Below are positions 1 to 11,776 of a stretch of 64,000 nucleotides of DNA, piece after piece. The translations under genes and the position numbers were made by a program. The notes under the pieces were generated by a model. The model was not told the DNA's origin and searched no databases. It saw nothing but the letters and a program-made list of their open reading frames with translations. The stretch is taken from positions 1,184,001 through 1,248,000 of the forward strand of contig OZ219790.1 in NCBI GenBank assembly GCA_964291215.2, in the 5' to 3' direction. The stretch's first letter is position 1. Each line of letters opens with the position of its first letter. This stretch comes from Alphaproteobacteria bacterium. GTDB lineage: Bacteria > Pseudomonadota > Alphaproteobacteria > MPNO01 > UBA830.

Positions 1-2
1 CC

Positions 3-278
3 CGCACCGGCGCGGCCGTTCTGTTCATCACCCACGATCTCGGGGTCGTCGCCAAAATCTGCGACGAGGTCAGCGTCATCTATGCCGGCCGCATCCTTGA
101 GACCGCGCCGGTTGCCAATGTCTTCGACCGGCCCGGCCACGACTACACCCGCGCCCTCTTCGGCGCGACGCCGCGCCACGACCGGCCGGACGCCACGCTC
201 CGCCCGGTTTCCGACGAACTGACGGCAAGGCTGTGGCGCGAGGCCCGCGACTACGATGCGGCGCGGGGCGATGCTTGA
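3..278 (+). CDS. Oligopeptide/dipeptide ABC transporter ATP-binding protein, C-terminal part (runs off the window start)
   Basis: Manual translation from nt 3: ...AVLFITHDLGVVAKICDEVSVIYAGRILE...FDRPGHDYTRAL (H-loop and oligo_HPY-like motif). Stop TGA 276-278 overlaps the next ATG at 271. Confidence 0.85.
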   Translation, partial: RTGAAVLFITHDLGVVAKICDEVSVIYAGRILETAPVANVFDRPGHDYTRALFGATPRHDRPDATLRPVSDELTARLWREARDYDAARGDA

Positions 279-1089
279 GGCGCGCGCGCTCTCGGTCGCC
301 TTCCCCGACCGCAGCCGCGAGCCGCTGATCGGGCAGCCGCCGCAGCGGACGGTGCTGTCCGGCGTCGATCTCGCGATCGCGCCCGGCGAAGCCGTCGGCG
401 TGGTCGGCGAATCGGGTTCCGGCAAGACCACCCTTGGGAGAACGGTGCTGCGCCTTCACGAACCGGCGGATGGCACCATCCTGTTCCGCGGCCAGGACAT
501 CACCCACCTGCCGGAAGAGCGGTTGCGCCCGCTGCGCCGGCACATGCAGATGATCTTCCAGGATCCGCAGTCCTCGCTCAATCCACGCCACCGCATCGCC
601 CGCATACTCGCGGATCCCCTCGTCACGTTCGGTCTCGCATCGTCGTGGGCCGAAGCGAAGGAACGGGTCGGGCCGCTTCTCGGGCGCGTCGGGCTCCCGC
701 CGGACTGCGGCGCGCGCTATCCCCACCAGCTCTCGGGTGGGCAGCGCCAGCGGGTGGGCATCGCCCGCGCAATCTCGGTGACACCGCAATTCGTGGTCGC
801 CGACGAGATCGTCTCCGGGCTCGACGTCTCGGTGCAGGCGCAGATTCTGGATCTCCTGCGCAGGCTACGCGACGAGATGGGGCTCGCGCTGCTGTTCATC
901 AGCCACGACCTGTCGGTGGTCCGCACCGTGTGCAGCCGCGTCCTGGTCATGCTGGACGCAAACGTGGTCGAGGAGGGCGCGTGCGCGGACATCTTCGCCC
1001 GGCCGCAACACCCCTACACCCGCGAACTGCTGGCCGCGATTCCGCTGCCCCGCGTCGAACCGGGGTGGCTGGCGGCGGACGGTCCGTGA
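271..1089 (+). CDS. Oligopeptide/dipeptide ABC transporter ATP-binding protein (DppF/OppF-like)
   Basis: Walker A GESGSGKT, signature LSGGQRQR, Walker B VVADE, ISHD H-loop, PQHPYT. Start taken at ATG 271, coupled to the upstream stop. Confidence 0.92.
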   Translation: MLEARALSVAFPDRSREPLIGQPPQRTVLSGVDLAIAPGEAVGVVGESGSGKTTLGRTVLRLHEPADGTILFRGQDITHLPEERLRPLRRHMQMIFQDPQSSLNPRHRIARILADPLVTFGLASSWAEAKERVGPLLGRVGLPPDCGARYPHQLSGGQRQRVGIARAISVTPQFVVADEIVSGLDVSVQAQILDLLRRLRDEMGLALLFISHDLSVVRTVCSRVLVMLDANVVEEGACADIFARPQHPYTRELLAAIPLPRVEPGWLAADGP

Positions 1090-1102
1090 TGGAAACCCCG
1101 CC

Positions 1103-1825
1103 CTATTCCGGCAGGTAGGCGGCGAACTGCTTCTCCACCGCCTTCGGATCCTCCAGCAGGCCGGCGCGGACTTTCTGCGCCATCGGGCCGGGCCAGATCT
1201 CCTCCTCCCCGTCGGCGACGGCTCGCAGCACATCCGCCGCTATGTCCTCGGGCAGCGACTCGCCGTCCGGGCTCATGTCGGTCCTGATCGGACCCGGAAG
1301 AACGCTCATCACATGCGTGCCCTGGCCCGCAAGTTCCGCCCGGATGCCGTTGGTCATCAACAGCACCGCCGCCTTCGATCCGCAAACGGAACCGATAGCA
1401 GGAATCGAGACCCGCGCCAGCAGCGAGATGATATTGACGATCATTCCGCCCCCGTTGGCCTTGAGCACCGGCGCAAAGGCACGGCACATGCGGAGCGTGC
1501 CCAGGTAGTTGGTCTCGACCTCTATCCGCGCCGGATCAATACTCTCCGATCCTATCAGCGGTACGTTGAAGTTGACCCCCGCGTTGTTGATCAGCAGGTT
1601 GACGTCTCCGCACCGTACCGTCGCGGCATCCACGTGCGACGGACATCCGATGTCGAGCGCAACACCGACGACGCGATCGCCAAGTGTCAGATCCTCAGTC
1701 AGGGACGGATTTCTCGCCGTCGCGTAAATCTTCTTTGCGCCCGCCGCGTCCAAGGCACCGACCAGCGCCCGCCCAAGACCCCGATTGGACCCCGTGACGA
1801 GGACGGTTGCTGTCGTGAGTTCCAT
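1103..1825 (-). CDS. Short-chain dehydrogenase/reductase (SDR)
   Basis: TGSNRGLG cofactor motif and NNAG. The YxxxK position reads VCGSK, so the catalytic Tyr appears replaced. Confidence 0.85.
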   Translation of the reverse strand: MELTTATVLVTGSNRGLGRALVGALDAAGAKKIYATARNPSLTEDLTLGDRVVGVALDIGCPSHVDAATVRCGDVNLLINNAGVNFNVPLIGSESIDPARIEVETNYLGTLRMCRAFAPVLKANGGGMIVNIISLLARVSIPAIGSVCGSKAAVLLMTNGIRAELAGQGTHVMSVLPGPIRTDMSPDGESLPEDIAADVLRAVADGEEEIWPGPMAQKVRAGLLEDPKAVEKQFAAYLPE

Positions 1826-1868
1826 CTCTCTATCCCTCCGTATTCGACGTGACGGCCGTACAGGCCGG

Positions 1869-3113
1869 CTATTCTGCAGCCGCCGGAGCGGATTCCGACC
1901 AGCGTGCCATCATTCCGTTGGACGGCATGCTCGCCGCGTCCATCATCTTTTTCGCTACATCATGGCCCGCCAGCGGCAACTTGTCCGTATCCAGGAGCCC
2001 GATCTGCGCGAGCACCGAAGCCTGATCCCAATAGATATGCTCGTGGTAGAGCTTGTCGCCCCGGAAATTGATGATGGCGACTACCGGAATCTCGACGTAC
2101 TTGCCCGTAGGTTCTATGCCGGGCAGCATCCAGTCAATCTCACGGGTGTGGGAAAAGCAGAAAAGTATCTCGTCCACGACACGGTCCGCGCCGACGGTGC
2201 GCGAGACCGGAATCAGTTTCGTGTCCTCGGGATTGGCATGGACGAAGTGGTTGAGATAGAAGCGGTGCAATTCCTTGTAGCCTACGCCGCCGGTCAGCGT
2301 GGGAATGTGGTTGACATAAGGCTCTGCGACCATTGTCGCCATCGTGGCATCAACGTCGCGGGTGAGGAACTCGTGCTCGCAGTGCTTGTCCCACAGTGCC
2401 TCGAGATCATAATGCGGGCCCATCGTCCGGCGAAGAATCGCGATGGTCCGTGAATGGGCCATCGAGGCTGACGCCTTGTCGAAGACATCCCGGTCGCGGT
2501 TGTAAAAGCCGTGGTCCGCCCCGGGATAGGCATAGATCTCGATTTCGCCGCGCCCGGCGAAGGCCTCGCGAAGCGCAGCCACGCCCTCCGGCGGCATCAA
2601 CTGGTCAAGCTCGGGGCAGTGAAAGACCATCGGACAGCTGATGTTCGCAGCCTCGTCAAGCATTTCCGGAAGGCCGACGCCGTAAAAGGAAATCGAAACC
2701 TCGGGATCGAGCCGGGCCGCAGTCATGTAGGCGAGCTTGCCCCCCAGGCAGAACCCCATAAACCCTACCTTTCCGGTACATTCATCGAGGTTGCTAAGCG
2801 TTTCCATCGCGGCCCCGATATCCTCGACCGCCCTGTCAATATCGAAGCGTCCGAAATAGCCGAACGCCGTCTCGAAGTCGGCCTCGGAATAAGTCAGCTC
2901 GATACCCGGTTCAAGACGCCAGAACATGTCGGGCACGAGAACCGTGTACCCCTCTTCAGCAAAATAGTCCGCCGTCGCGCGCATCGTCGGGTTGACGCCA
3001 AAGATCTCCTGACCGATGATCAGACCCGGACCCGAGCCAGCTTCCGGCACGGCCAGATATCCGTTGAAACTGCCACCGTCCCGGGCGCGAATCTCGATCA
3101 TGCGACCTGCCAT
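1869..3113 (-). CDS. Dienelactone hydrolase family protein fused to a C-terminal SnoaL-like domain
   Basis: QEIFGVN, GFCLGG nucleophile Cys, YPGADHGF; C-terminal HCEHEF..DVDATMATM..HEHIYWDQASVL SnoaL-type domain. Confidence 0.88.
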   Translation of the reverse strand: MAGRMIEIRARDGGSFNGYLAVPEAGSGPGLIIGQEIFGVNPTMRATADYFAEEGYTVLVPDMFWRLEPGIELTYSEADFETAFGYFGRFDIDRAVEDIGAAMETLSNLDECTGKVGFMGFCLGGKLAYMTAARLDPEVSISFYGVGLPEMLDEAANISCPMVFHCPELDQLMPPEGVAALREAFAGRGEIEIYAYPGADHGFYNRDRDVFDKASASMAHSRTIAILRRTMGPHYDLEALWDKHCEHEFLTRDVDATMATMVAEPYVNHIPTLTGGVGYKELHRFYLNHFVHANPEDTKLIPVSRTVGADRVVDEILFCFSHTREIDWMLPGIEPTGKYVEIPVVAIINFRGDKLYHEHIYWDQASVLAQIGLLDTDKLPLAGHDVAKKMMDAASMPSNGMMARWSESAPAAAE

Positions 3114-3322
3114 TTCACCACTCCTCCAGTTTACATTGACCTGAAACGCGAACTATACCGCCAAGGTGCGAAACTACCAACCGCCGGGGAGCCGGCCGGC
3201 GTGACAGACATTGGCGGACCGCTCCGACAGCATCGCCGGCACGGTTCCGGGAAATGCATCCGAGCTTGCCACTCGGCACTAAAATACTCTATTCTGCCAA
3301 TGCCGTAACGAGGAGGCCGACG

Positions 3323-3784
3323 ATGCAAACAGTGAATATGGCCGTCAATGGTCGCAAGGTCTCGGGCGAAGTCGAGGGCCGTACCTTGCTTTCCGACTTT
3401 CTGCGCCAGAATCTGCGCCTGACGGGAACTCACATCGGGTGCGACACGAGCCAATGCGGCGCTTGCGTCGTACACGTGAATGGAAAGGCCGCCAAGTCCT
3501 GCACCATGTTCGCCCTCGAAGCCGAGGATGCCGACATCGTCACCATCGAAGGCATGGCGAACGAGGACGGAACCCTCGGGGTGATCCAGCAAGCCTTCCA
3601 GGACAACCACGCCCTGCAGTGCGGGTTCTGCACCCCCGGGATGGTGATGTCGGCAGCCGCGCTGCTCGCCGAGAACCCGGCCCCGTCCGAGATCGAGATC
3701 CGCGAATATCTCGACGGCAATATCTGCCGCTGCACCGGTTACCATAACATTGTCTCCGCGATAAAGGCTGCGGCCGCCGGTTGA
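3323..3784 (+). CDS. coxS: (2Fe-2S)-binding small subunit of a CoxSLM/xanthine dehydrogenase-family enzyme
   Basis: [18 protein letters not shown] and CRCTGY clusters; AGGAGG RBS at 3311-3316 before ATG 3323. Confidence 0.9.
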   Translation: MQTVNMAVNGRKVSGEVEGRTLLSDFLRQNLRLTGTHIGCDTSQCGACVVHVNGKAAKSCTMFALEAEDADIVTIEGMANEDGTLGVIQQAFQDNHALQCGFCTPGMVMSAAALLAENPAPSEIEIREYLDGNICRCTGYHNIVSAIKAAAAG

Positions 3785-3814
3785 CCGGACCGCGAGAGAG
3801 ACCAGGAGAAAGCA

Positions 3815-6181
3815 ATGCCCAAGGATCACGGTATCGGTGCCAGTTCGAAGCGCCGCGAAGATGTCCGTTTCCTCACGGGAACCGGCAACTATACCGACGA
3901 CATCGACATCCATGGCCAAGCCCATGTTCATTTCCTCAGATCCGAGGTCGCACACGGAACCCTGAACTCGGTCGACGTCTCAAAGGCCGAAGGCATGCCC
4001 GGCGTCATCCGGATCTTCACCGGCGACGACTTTGCCGAGGTCGGCGGCCTGCCCTGCGGTTGGCAGGTGACCGATCGCCATGGCGAACCGATGAAGGAAC
4101 CGGGCCATCCCGTGCTCGCCCGCGGCAAGGTGCGCCATGTCGGCGATCCGATTGCGGCGATCGTGGCGGATACGCTCGCCGAGGCGCGAAATGCCGCCGA
4201 AGCAATCACACTCGATATCGAAGAGTTGCCAGCCGTGATCGACATGAAGGCAGCAGCAACCAGCGGATCGCTGGTGCATGACGAGATCGGCACCAACCTC
4301 TGCTACGACTGGGGCTTCGTCGAGGAAAACCGCGAAGCGGTCGACGAGGCGATCCGCAACGCCCATCACGTCACGACCCTAGAACTGACGAACAACCGTC
4401 TGGTTCCGAACGCAATGGAACCGCGTGTCGCGATCGGCGACTACAACGCCGCCACCGACGAATCGACACTATACACGACTTCCCAAAATCCCCATGTCAT
4501 CCGCCTCCTCATGGGTGCTTTCGTTCTCGGGCTTCCGGAACACAAGCTTCGGGTGGTAGCTCCCGATGTCGGCGGCGGGTTCGGCTCCAAGATCTTTCAC
4601 TATGCGGAGGAAGCGCTTTGCACCTTCGCTGCCCGAGCCATCAGGCGGCCGGTGAAGTGGACCGCAAGCCGATCGGAATCCTTCGTCACCGACTCGCACG
4701 GGCGCGACCATCTGACCAGGATCGAGCTGGCGCTGGACGCCGACGGCCGGTTTCTCGCCATCCGCACCGACACCCATGCTAATCTCGGCGCATATCTTTC
4801 GACCTTTGCGCCGTCGGTGCCGACATGGCTGCACGGGACGCTCATGGCGGGCAACTATGTGACGCCGCTGATCTATGTGAACGTCAAGGCGGTCTTCACC
4901 AACACGGTGCCGGTCGACGCCTATCGCGGCGCGGGTCGTCCGGAAGCGACCTTCCAGCTCGAACGGGTCATCGACAAGGCTGCCCGCGAACTGGGGATCA
5001 GCCCCGTCGAAATCCGCCGGCGGAACTTCGTCAAGGCTGACCAGTTTCCGTATGCGACGCCGGTCGCGCTCCAATACGATACCGGCGACTACCACGCAAC
5101 GATGGACAGGCTGGTCGAGATCGCCGATCTCGACGGCTTCGAGGCCCGGCTGACAGAGTCCGGCGCTCGCGGGAAGCTTCGCGGCCTCGGGGTCAACGCA
5201 TATATCGAGGCCTGCGGCATCGCGCCGTCCAATCTCGTCGGCCAGCTCGGCGCCCGCGCAGGCCTCTACGAGAGCGCGACGGTGCGGGTCAACGCAACCG
5301 GATCGGTGACAGTGCTCACCGGGTGCCATTCACACGGCCAGGGTCACGAAACGACCTTTCCGCAAGTGGTTGCTGAGATGCTCGGGATCGCGGAGGACCA
5401 GGTCAACATCGTGCACGGAGACACGGCGAACACGCCGATGGGCATGGGCACCTATGGATCACGCTCGATTGCAGTCGGCGGTGCCGCCATGGTTCGGGCC
5501 ACCGAGAAGATCATTGCCAAGGCCCGCAAGATTGCCGCACATCTTCTTGAGGCGGATGAAGCCGACATCGAGTTCTCGGACGGCAGCTTCACGATTGCCG
5601 GCACCGACCAGGCGGTGGCATGGGGCGATGTCTGCCTGGCGGCCTACGTTCCGCACAACTATCCGCTCGAAGAACTCGAACCGGGGCTTGAGGAAACCGC
5701 CTTCTATGATCCCGCCAACTTCACCTTCCCGGCCGGCTGTTACGCCTGCGAGGTCGAGGTCGATCCGCAAACGGGCAAGGTCGATATCTGCTCCTTCGCG
5801 GCCGCCGACGATTTCGGCAACATCATCAATCCGATGATTGTCGACGGTCAGGTTCACGGCGGAATCGCCCAGGGAATAGGTCAGGCCATGCTCGAGAACA
5901 CGGTCTATGACGACAACGGACAGCTGTTGACCGGTTCGTACATGGATTACGCGATGCCACGGGCCAAGGATCTGCCCGAGCTCATGGTTGATCATTCCTG
6001 CAAGACACCGTGCAGCCACAATTCACTCGGCGTCAAGGGATGTGGCGAAGCGGGCGCCATCGGCTCGCCGCCAGCGGTGGTCAATGCCGTGATCGATGCC
6101 CTGACACGAGGCGGCCACTCCGTGGACCATATCGACATGCCGGTCAGCCCCGCCCGGGTTTGGGCAGCCATCGACGGCTAG
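3815..6181 (+). CDS. coxL: Molybdopterin-binding large subunit, CoxL form II (putative CODH-like molybdenum hydroxylase)
   Basis: [16 protein letters not shown] (form II, not the form I AYxCSFR), HGQGHET, GTYGSRS, KGCGEAG. Confidence 0.9.
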   Translation: MPKDHGIGASSKRREDVRFLTGTGNYTDDIDIHGQAHVHFLRSEVAHGTLNSVDVSKAEGMPGVIRIFTGDDFAEVGGLPCGWQVTDRHGEPMKEPGHPVLARGKVRHVGDPIAAIVADTLAEARNAAEAITLDIEELPAVIDMKAAATSGSLVHDEIGTNLCYDWGFVEENREAVDEAIRNAHHVTTLELTNNRLVPNAMEPRVAIGDYNAATDESTLYTTSQNPHVIRLLMGAFVLGLPEHKLRVVAPDVGGGFGSKIFHYAEEALCTFAARAIRRPVKWTASRSESFVTDSHGRDHLTRIELALDADGRFLAIRTDTHANLGAYLSTFAPSVPTWLHGTLMAGNYVTPLIYVNVKAVFTNTVPVDAYRGAGRPEATFQLERVIDKAARELGISPVEIRRRNFVKADQFPYATPVALQYDTGDYHATMDRLVEIADLDGFEARLTESGARGKLRGLGVNAYIEACGIAPSNLVGQLGARAGLYESATVRVNATGSVTVLTGCHSHGQGHETTFPQVVAEMLGIAEDQVNIVHGDTANTPMGMGTYGSRSIAVGGAAMVRATEKIIAKARKIAAHLLEADEADIEFSDGSFTIAGTDQAVAWGDVCLAAYVPHNYPLEELEPGLEETAFYDPANFTFPAGCYACEVEVDPQTGKVDICSFAAADDFGNIINPMIVDGQVHGGIAQGIGQAMLENTVYDDNGQLLTGSYMDYAMPRAKDLPELMVDHSCKTPCSHNSLGVKGCGEAGAIGSPPAVVNAVIDALTRGGHSVDHIDMPVSPARVWAAIDG

Positions 6182-6233
6182 AACCCGGTACCGCTACCGT
6201 GCGGTTCCGGAAGCGGCCATCAAGGAGGTGGAA

Positions 6234-7028
6234 ATGTACGATTTCGAATATGTGCGCCCCAAGACGCTCGCCGACGCCGTCACGGCCGTGGCCGACGACG
6301 GCGCACAGCCGATCGGCGGTGGACAGACCCTGATCCCAACGCTGAAGAGCCGGCTGGCCAGCCCCACCCGACTGGTATCGCTGTCCGCGATCGCGGAACT
6401 GCGTGGCGTCTCGACGGGTACCGACGGCACCATCCGCATCGGTGGCACGACAGTCCATGCCGAGGTCGCCCGTGACACGACTGCATCGTTTCCTGCCCTA
6501 GCCGGCCTCGCCGCAAAAATCGGCGATCCGGCAGTCCGCAACATGGGCACCATAGGTGGCAGCCTAGCCAACAACGATCCATCTGCATGCTATCCGGCGG
6601 CCGTCCTGGCCAGCAATGCCACGATCAGAACCAACCGTCGCGAGATTTCCGCCGATGATTTCTTTTGCGGGTTTTTCGAGACGGCTCTCGATTCGGACGA
6701 GATCATCACGGAAGTACTTTTCCCGATCCCGGATGCGGCCGCCTACAAGAAATTCGAACAACCAGCTTCGCGTTTTGCGCTTGTCGGTGTGTTCGTCGCA
6801 AGATGCGGCAACTCGACACGCATTGCGGTAACCGGCGCTTCGGAGAACGGCGTTTACCGGTGGCGGGAAGCAGAAGCCGCACTCGGGGAATCCTTTTCCG
6901 ACGCTTCGCTCGCATCGCTCGATGTCGACGCCGACAGCATGATCAACGACCTGCACGGTCCGCCGCGCTACCGGGCGCATCTGATCAAGGTGCTCACCGG
7001 TCGTGCCGTGGCCGCAGCAAGTTCCTGA
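6234..7028 (+). CDS. coxM: FAD-binding medium subunit (CoxM-like)
   Basis: GGGQTLIP, IGDPAVRNMGTIGGSLANNDP; AGGAGG RBS at 6223-6228. Confidence 0.9.
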   Translation: MYDFEYVRPKTLADAVTAVADDGAQPIGGGQTLIPTLKSRLASPTRLVSLSAIAELRGVSTGTDGTIRIGGTTVHAEVARDTTASFPALAGLAAKIGDPAVRNMGTIGGSLANNDPSACYPAAVLASNATIRTNRREISADDFFCGFFETALDSDEIITEVLFPIPDAAAYKKFEQPASRFALVGVFVARCGNSTRIAVTGASENGVYRWREAEAALGESFSDASLASLDVDADSMINDLHGPPRYRAHLIKVLTGRAVAAASS

Positions 7029-7227
7029 GCGCTCGCCTGTCCGGCTGCAAGTATGTAGGCCGGTAGCGAGCGTCGCACGGGTGTTTTGGAGGGTTTTGGT
7101 CTGCCAGCCGTTCCTTCATGCCGGTAGCAGGCCATAAATCTGCGCCAGAAAATCGAACACATGCCGCCAACCGGATACCCGACCCGAGAAATTTGTGGCC
7201 TTGTCTTCGAATCTACTATCATCGAAT

Positions 7228-7380
7228 CTAGACCGAAGTTCCAGAGAATTCCGGCTGAAATGCACGTCAAGCCATTGATGAAGCGTGGTTTGTCGGATTT
7301 TTCGTGCGTCGGAGTGTACCCATGTAATATTGTGTTGGATGCTTGACATCCATGGATCTTGCTCCCATATACAGTAGCCA
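7228..7380 (+). mobile_element. Orphan left end of an IS1634-like element
   Basis: CTAGACCGAAGTTCC resembles the end CTAGGCCGAAGTTCC at 9909. Downstream CCCATGTAA..CTTGACA is also shared with 10001-10030. No transposase follows. Confidence 0.55.
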
Positions 7381-7384
7381 TCTA

Positions 7385-8160
7385 TGCTGGGGACGGGTCA
7401 AGGGGCGGCCAGGAACCCCTCCACCGGGTGGTTGCGGAACATCCGTGGTGCGAGCCCTTGTTGTCTCCGGGGACTTGTGTCCCAGGATGTCCTGCACGAC
7501 ACTCTGCGGCGCACCTCTTTCGAGAAGATGTGTTGCGGTGCCGCAGACTGTGAAAGGTGACCCCGTGATCGAGGCCGACTTGGTCCTTTGAAAGGCGGCC
7601 TGCAGTCCTTTCACGGTGATCGGCGCATCGGGCGTGTGGCTGTAGAAGAGCCAGCTTTGGGGACGTGGCCAGTTCCAGTAGCGCTCCAGTTCCTTGAGCA
7701 CGGCAGGCAGGCGCTCGTGGTGGCTCTTGCCCTCGCGGATGTGCAGGAGACCTTGCTCACGGTGAATGTCCGTGACCTGCAGCGACACCACTTCCGAGAT
7801 GCGCAGCGCCGTAGGCGACAACGGTTGCCGTGCGTACGTCGGTGATCGCCTGGATCAGGTGCTCGACATCCTCTTCCGGGATCGTCCGCGGCAGGCGGTC
7901 GGGAACCCGGCGACAACGCAGGACCTTCTCGGGCTGACCGAGCACACTATCATAGAACAGGCGGATCGCCGTGACGTTGGTCGTGCGCGGCGCCAGACCC
8001 TCCGCTCCAGGATCCAGGCCTCGCCCGTCTGACTCTCCAGCTGATGTCCGGTATGGAGGTCGAACATCGTAATCTCACGCAGATAGTTCTCCTGCGTGCG
8101 ACAGACCCTTCATCGTCTCGATCGTCTTCTGGCGCAGAGGCGAAACTTCCTTTGCCTCTC
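7385..8160 (-). pseudogene. Degraded tyrosine recombinase/integrase (type often paired with IS91-like Y2 transposases)
   Basis: Fragments RLPRTIPEEDVEHLI, LRISEVVSLQVTDI, LHIREGK, ATHLLERG..VQDILGHKSPETT across frames; HxxR box lost to small deletions. Confidence 0.75.
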
Positions 8161-8507
8161 ACTCCCTGGTTGATGGTCCTCCCGAACAGTCGGGAGACCA
8201 GGAAGTGTGGTGCCTCGATCAGATCATCGAAACATCAGGAACGACGATCTCTCAACACAACCACTCACATCGATCGCTCAGCACAGTGCTCGATCACAAG
8301 CACCCATGGCCGCGAAGCGGCCTTCGTCCAAACTGACCCGTGGGCAAGCGCTCAACCAAAACCACCAGACAGACAAAAACGCCAACGCAAACAACACGGA
8401 TTCGATTATTTGGTGACAAACCCTAAGCGCTTCGGGCGCCCCACCTTCTAGGAGAGCCCCTGATTTGAGATTCACCGCTTCTTCGGAAACTGGAGGTGAG
8501 TTTCACC

Positions 8508-8630
8508 ATGGTGGGCACTGTTGAGGTTCTGACAGAGGCGGAAGTGATCCCGGGAGTGAAGGGGTATCGTCGCTGGCCGGACGGTCTGAAGGCGCGGGTC
8601 GTGGCGGAAACGCTTGAGGCGGGAGCGCGG
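8508..8630 (+). pseudogene. IS66 TnpA-like (HTH_Tnp_1) N-terminal fragment
   Basis: MVGTVEVL...YRRWPDGLKARVVAETLEAGAR, then the frame runs into unrelated sequence. Confidence 0.6.
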
Positions 8631-8745
8631 TATCTCGACCGCGATCAGCGCCGGCCGGCCTTCTGCAAGGCGGCGCTTGCGGGTTCCCGTATCGGTCATG
8701 CGAAGATCCTCTCTAGGTCAAGCCGTTCTGTTCCGACCGATGCCG

Positions 8746-9816
8746 TCAGGCCGCCCGGATCCGGGCCCAGGCCGCTTCGTAGAGTCTTGTGGCCTCCTCG
8801 CCCCGGTAGAGCGCAGGCTCGCAGGCCGCGAGCGTCTCCTCGCTCGGGAAAATGCCAGGATTCTCTGTATAGCTCGCTGGCAGCAGCGCCTTCGCGGCAG
8901 CATTGGGCGTGGCGTAGCGGATTGCCTCCGCAATCGCCGCGCCGGCCTCGGCCTCCAGGATGAAGTCGATGAAGGCGTGCGCGTTTCCGGGATGCGGCGC
9001 ACCCCGCGGGATCGCGAGGGTATCCTCCCACAGGATCGACCCCTCGCGGGGCACGACATAGGAAATGTCGTCGTCCTCCGCCGTCGCCTGCAATATGTCG
9101 CCGTTCCACTCCATCGCGATGTCCACCTCGCCGGACAGCAGCAGGTCCTGTCCGTTGTCCGGCGCGAACAGCTTGAGATGCGGCTTCTGGGCCACGATCA
9201 GCTTCTCGGCCGCCTCGACGGTCTTCGGATCGGCCGTGTTGAGCGGATGGCCCATATACTTGAAGGCTGCGCCCAGCACCGTGCCTGCCTCGCTCAGCAG
9301 CGCGCAGCGGCCGCTATAGCGGTCGGAGTCGTAGAGCCAGCACCAGCTGTCGGGCACCCCGTCGCAGCGGGACTTCCGGTAGCCGATACCCATCGTGCCC
9401 CACATATAGGGGATGGAGTGGCGCCGGCCGGGGTCGAAAGCAGCGTCCCGAAAGGCCGGCTCGATATTCGCCATGTTGGGGATGACCGCATGGTCGAGCG
9501 GCATGAGCATGTCGGCGGCGATCATGCGCTCGACGAAATCGTTGGTCGGCACGATCACGTCATAGCCGGGATTGCCGTCCCTCAGCCGCGCGAACAACTC
9601 GTTATTGTTCGCGAAGAGGTCCATCCAGACCGCGACGCCGGTCCGCGCCTCGAAATCCGCGAGCGTGGTCTCGCCGACATAGGTATCCCAGTTGTAGAAA
9701 TTGAGCTTGGGCCCTTCCCCGGCAAGGCCGCCTTGCGGCAGGATCGCGAGGCCCGCCGCCGCACCCGCGCCGGCAAGGAAGCGGCGGCGCGTCACCGGGA
9801 CTGAGGCTTGGCGCAT
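8746..9816 (-). CDS. Spermidine/putrescine ABC transporter substrate-binding protein (PotD/PotF-like) with Tat signal
   Basis: RRRFL twin-arginine signal; LNFYNWDTY, GYDVIVPT, DPGRRHSIPYMWGT, VVPREGSILWED. The downstream partner gene appears cut off near 8630. Confidence 0.9.
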   Translation of the reverse strand: MRQASVPVTRRRFLAGAGAAAGLAILPQGGLAGEGPKLNFYNWDTYVGETTLADFEARTGVAVWMDLFANNNELFARLRDGNPGYDVIVPTNDFVERMIAADMLMPLDHAVIPNMANIEPAFRDAAFDPGRRHSIPYMWGTMGIGYRKSRCDGVPDSWCWLYDSDRYSGRCALLSEAGTVLGAAFKYMGHPLNTADPKTVEAAEKLIVAQKPHLKLFAPDNGQDLLLSGEVDIAMEWNGDILQATAEDDDISYVVPREGSILWEDTLAIPRGAPHPGNAHAFIDFILEAEAGAAIAEAIRYATPNAAAKALLPASYTENPGIFPSEETLAACEPALYRGEEATRLYEAAWARIRAA

Positions 9817-11776
9817 TGGGATCTCCTAGGCCTTCGGGGTGCAGTCGAAGGCGAGTGTCGAGGGCGCGCCGGGAGAAGTCAAATGCAGGGGATTGTCGGA
9901 CATGCACGCTAGGCCGAAGTTCCGTATGATTTCAGCGGGAGAATCACACCAAGCCGTTGATATTGTTGGCAAAATTGCATGATGGCGACATGGAGATGCT
10001 CCCATGTAACAGTGAAGTTGCCTCTTGACAACGGACGATGCAATGCCTGTATGCGTTGCCATGTACATCGACATCGTCCCCAACCGCAACTCGCCATCCT
10101 CCTGCGCGAAGGATGGCGCGAGAACGGAAAGGTCAGGAAACGCACCATCGCCAATCTCTCCTCCTGGCCCATGGAGAAGGTCGAGATCCTGCGGCGCCTC
10201 TTGAAGAACGAACCCCTCGGTGACGATGCCTTCGACATCGTCCGTTCCCTTCCCCATGTCGCCGCAGTGCCGGGAACCCTGAAGAGGCTGGACAGGCTGA
10301 TCGATCCGACGCCCTCTCCCAAGCGCGATCAGGTGCTGGCCATGATCGTGGTACGGATCCTCGAGCCCGCCTCGAAGCTGGCCAGGGGGCTGGCGACAGC
10401 GGTCTCCACCCCGGGCGAGGTCCTCGAGACGGAAGGGGACAAGGACGACCTCTACGGCGCCGGCTCCTGGAGCGTCAGGAGAGGATCGAGCGGTCCCTGG
10501 CGAAGCGGCACCTCGAAGAGGACTGCCTGGTGCTCCATGACCTGACTTCCGTGTGGATGGAGGGCAGAGCGTGCCCCTTGGCCAGGCGAGGTCATTCCCG
10601 GGATGGCAAGAAGGGCAAGCTGCAGTCGGCCTTCTGTGTGATCGGGACGGGTGTCGGTGCAGGTGTTCCCCGGCAACACCCGGCGACGCTGTCCTCGCAG
10701 ATCACCACGCTGCAGGAGCGGTTCTCCCTTGCGAAGGTGGTGCTGGTGGGGGATCGGGGGACTGAGGCCCGCGAGGAGGTGAAACCTGCGGGTCTGGATC
10801 AGCGCCTTGAGGGGACTGGCCATCCATTCACTGGTGGAGGCCGGCGATGTCGAGATGTCGCTCTTCGACGAGAGAGACTTGGTGGAGATCACCAGCGATG
10901 CGTATCCCGGCGAACACCTCTGCCGCAACCCATTGCTGGCCGAGGACCGGGCCCGCGGGACCTGCTCGAGGCCACCGAGGCTCGCACCGATCGCAGCAGC
11001 GACACGGCGCGACAAGCGCCGGGAAGATCGGGGAGAGGGTCGGCAAGGTCATCGGCAGGTACAAGATGGCGAAGCACTTCACGTGGTCCATCGACGATGA
11101 CGGTGTCTTCACCTGTGGGCGCGATGAGGCTGCCATCGCTGCCGAGGCCAGGCTCGACGGTCCCGGCACGGTGTGCGCGCCTGCAAGCGGCTGAGCTCCG
11201 TGGAACGGGCCTTCCGCAGCCTCAAGACCGTGGACCTGAAGGTGCGTCCCGTCTACCACCGCACCGAGCCCCGGGCCACGTCTTCCTGTGCATGCTCGCC
11301 TGTTACATCGAATGGCACATGCGCCAGAGACTGAAGCCCTTGCTGTTCGACGACGAGGATGCCGAAGGCGACCGTCCGTCGTGGCGCCGCCAGAGGTCTC
11401 GGCGAGCGCCCGGGCCAAGGCGGCAACCAAGAGGACGCCCGGGGATGGCACAGCTTCTCCACCCTCATCGGCGATCTCGCGACCATCACCCGCAACACCG
11501 TGGCGCCCCGCCTTGCGGGCGCCAAACCCTTCCAAGTTACCACACGGCCCACGCCGCTACAGAAAAAGGCCTTGGACTATCTAGGCGTGCGCCTGTAGCG
11601 TTCTCGGTAGCGACACACTCGATTCTCTCAAACGTCAATACGTTCATAACGAGTAACTGCTCACCCCCTGGTTCCGGCTTGATGTCGGGGTAGAGTAACG
11701 AACGGGTTTTCGTGGAGATTTGACACTGCAGGCCGATTCGCTTAGTGGTGGTCATCGAGAACGACGAGGACCGCCA

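Noticed and set aside
3815-6181. Bona fide aerobic CO dehydrogenase (form I)
   Set aside because: The active-site motif is AYRGAGR rather than AYxCSFR, and accessory cox genes are absent here.
8614-9804. 396-aa plus-strand ORF and many similar long antisense ORFs (e.g. 76-789, 16409-17356)
   Set aside because: Shadow ORFs opposite well-supported genes in GC-rich DNA, with no motifs.
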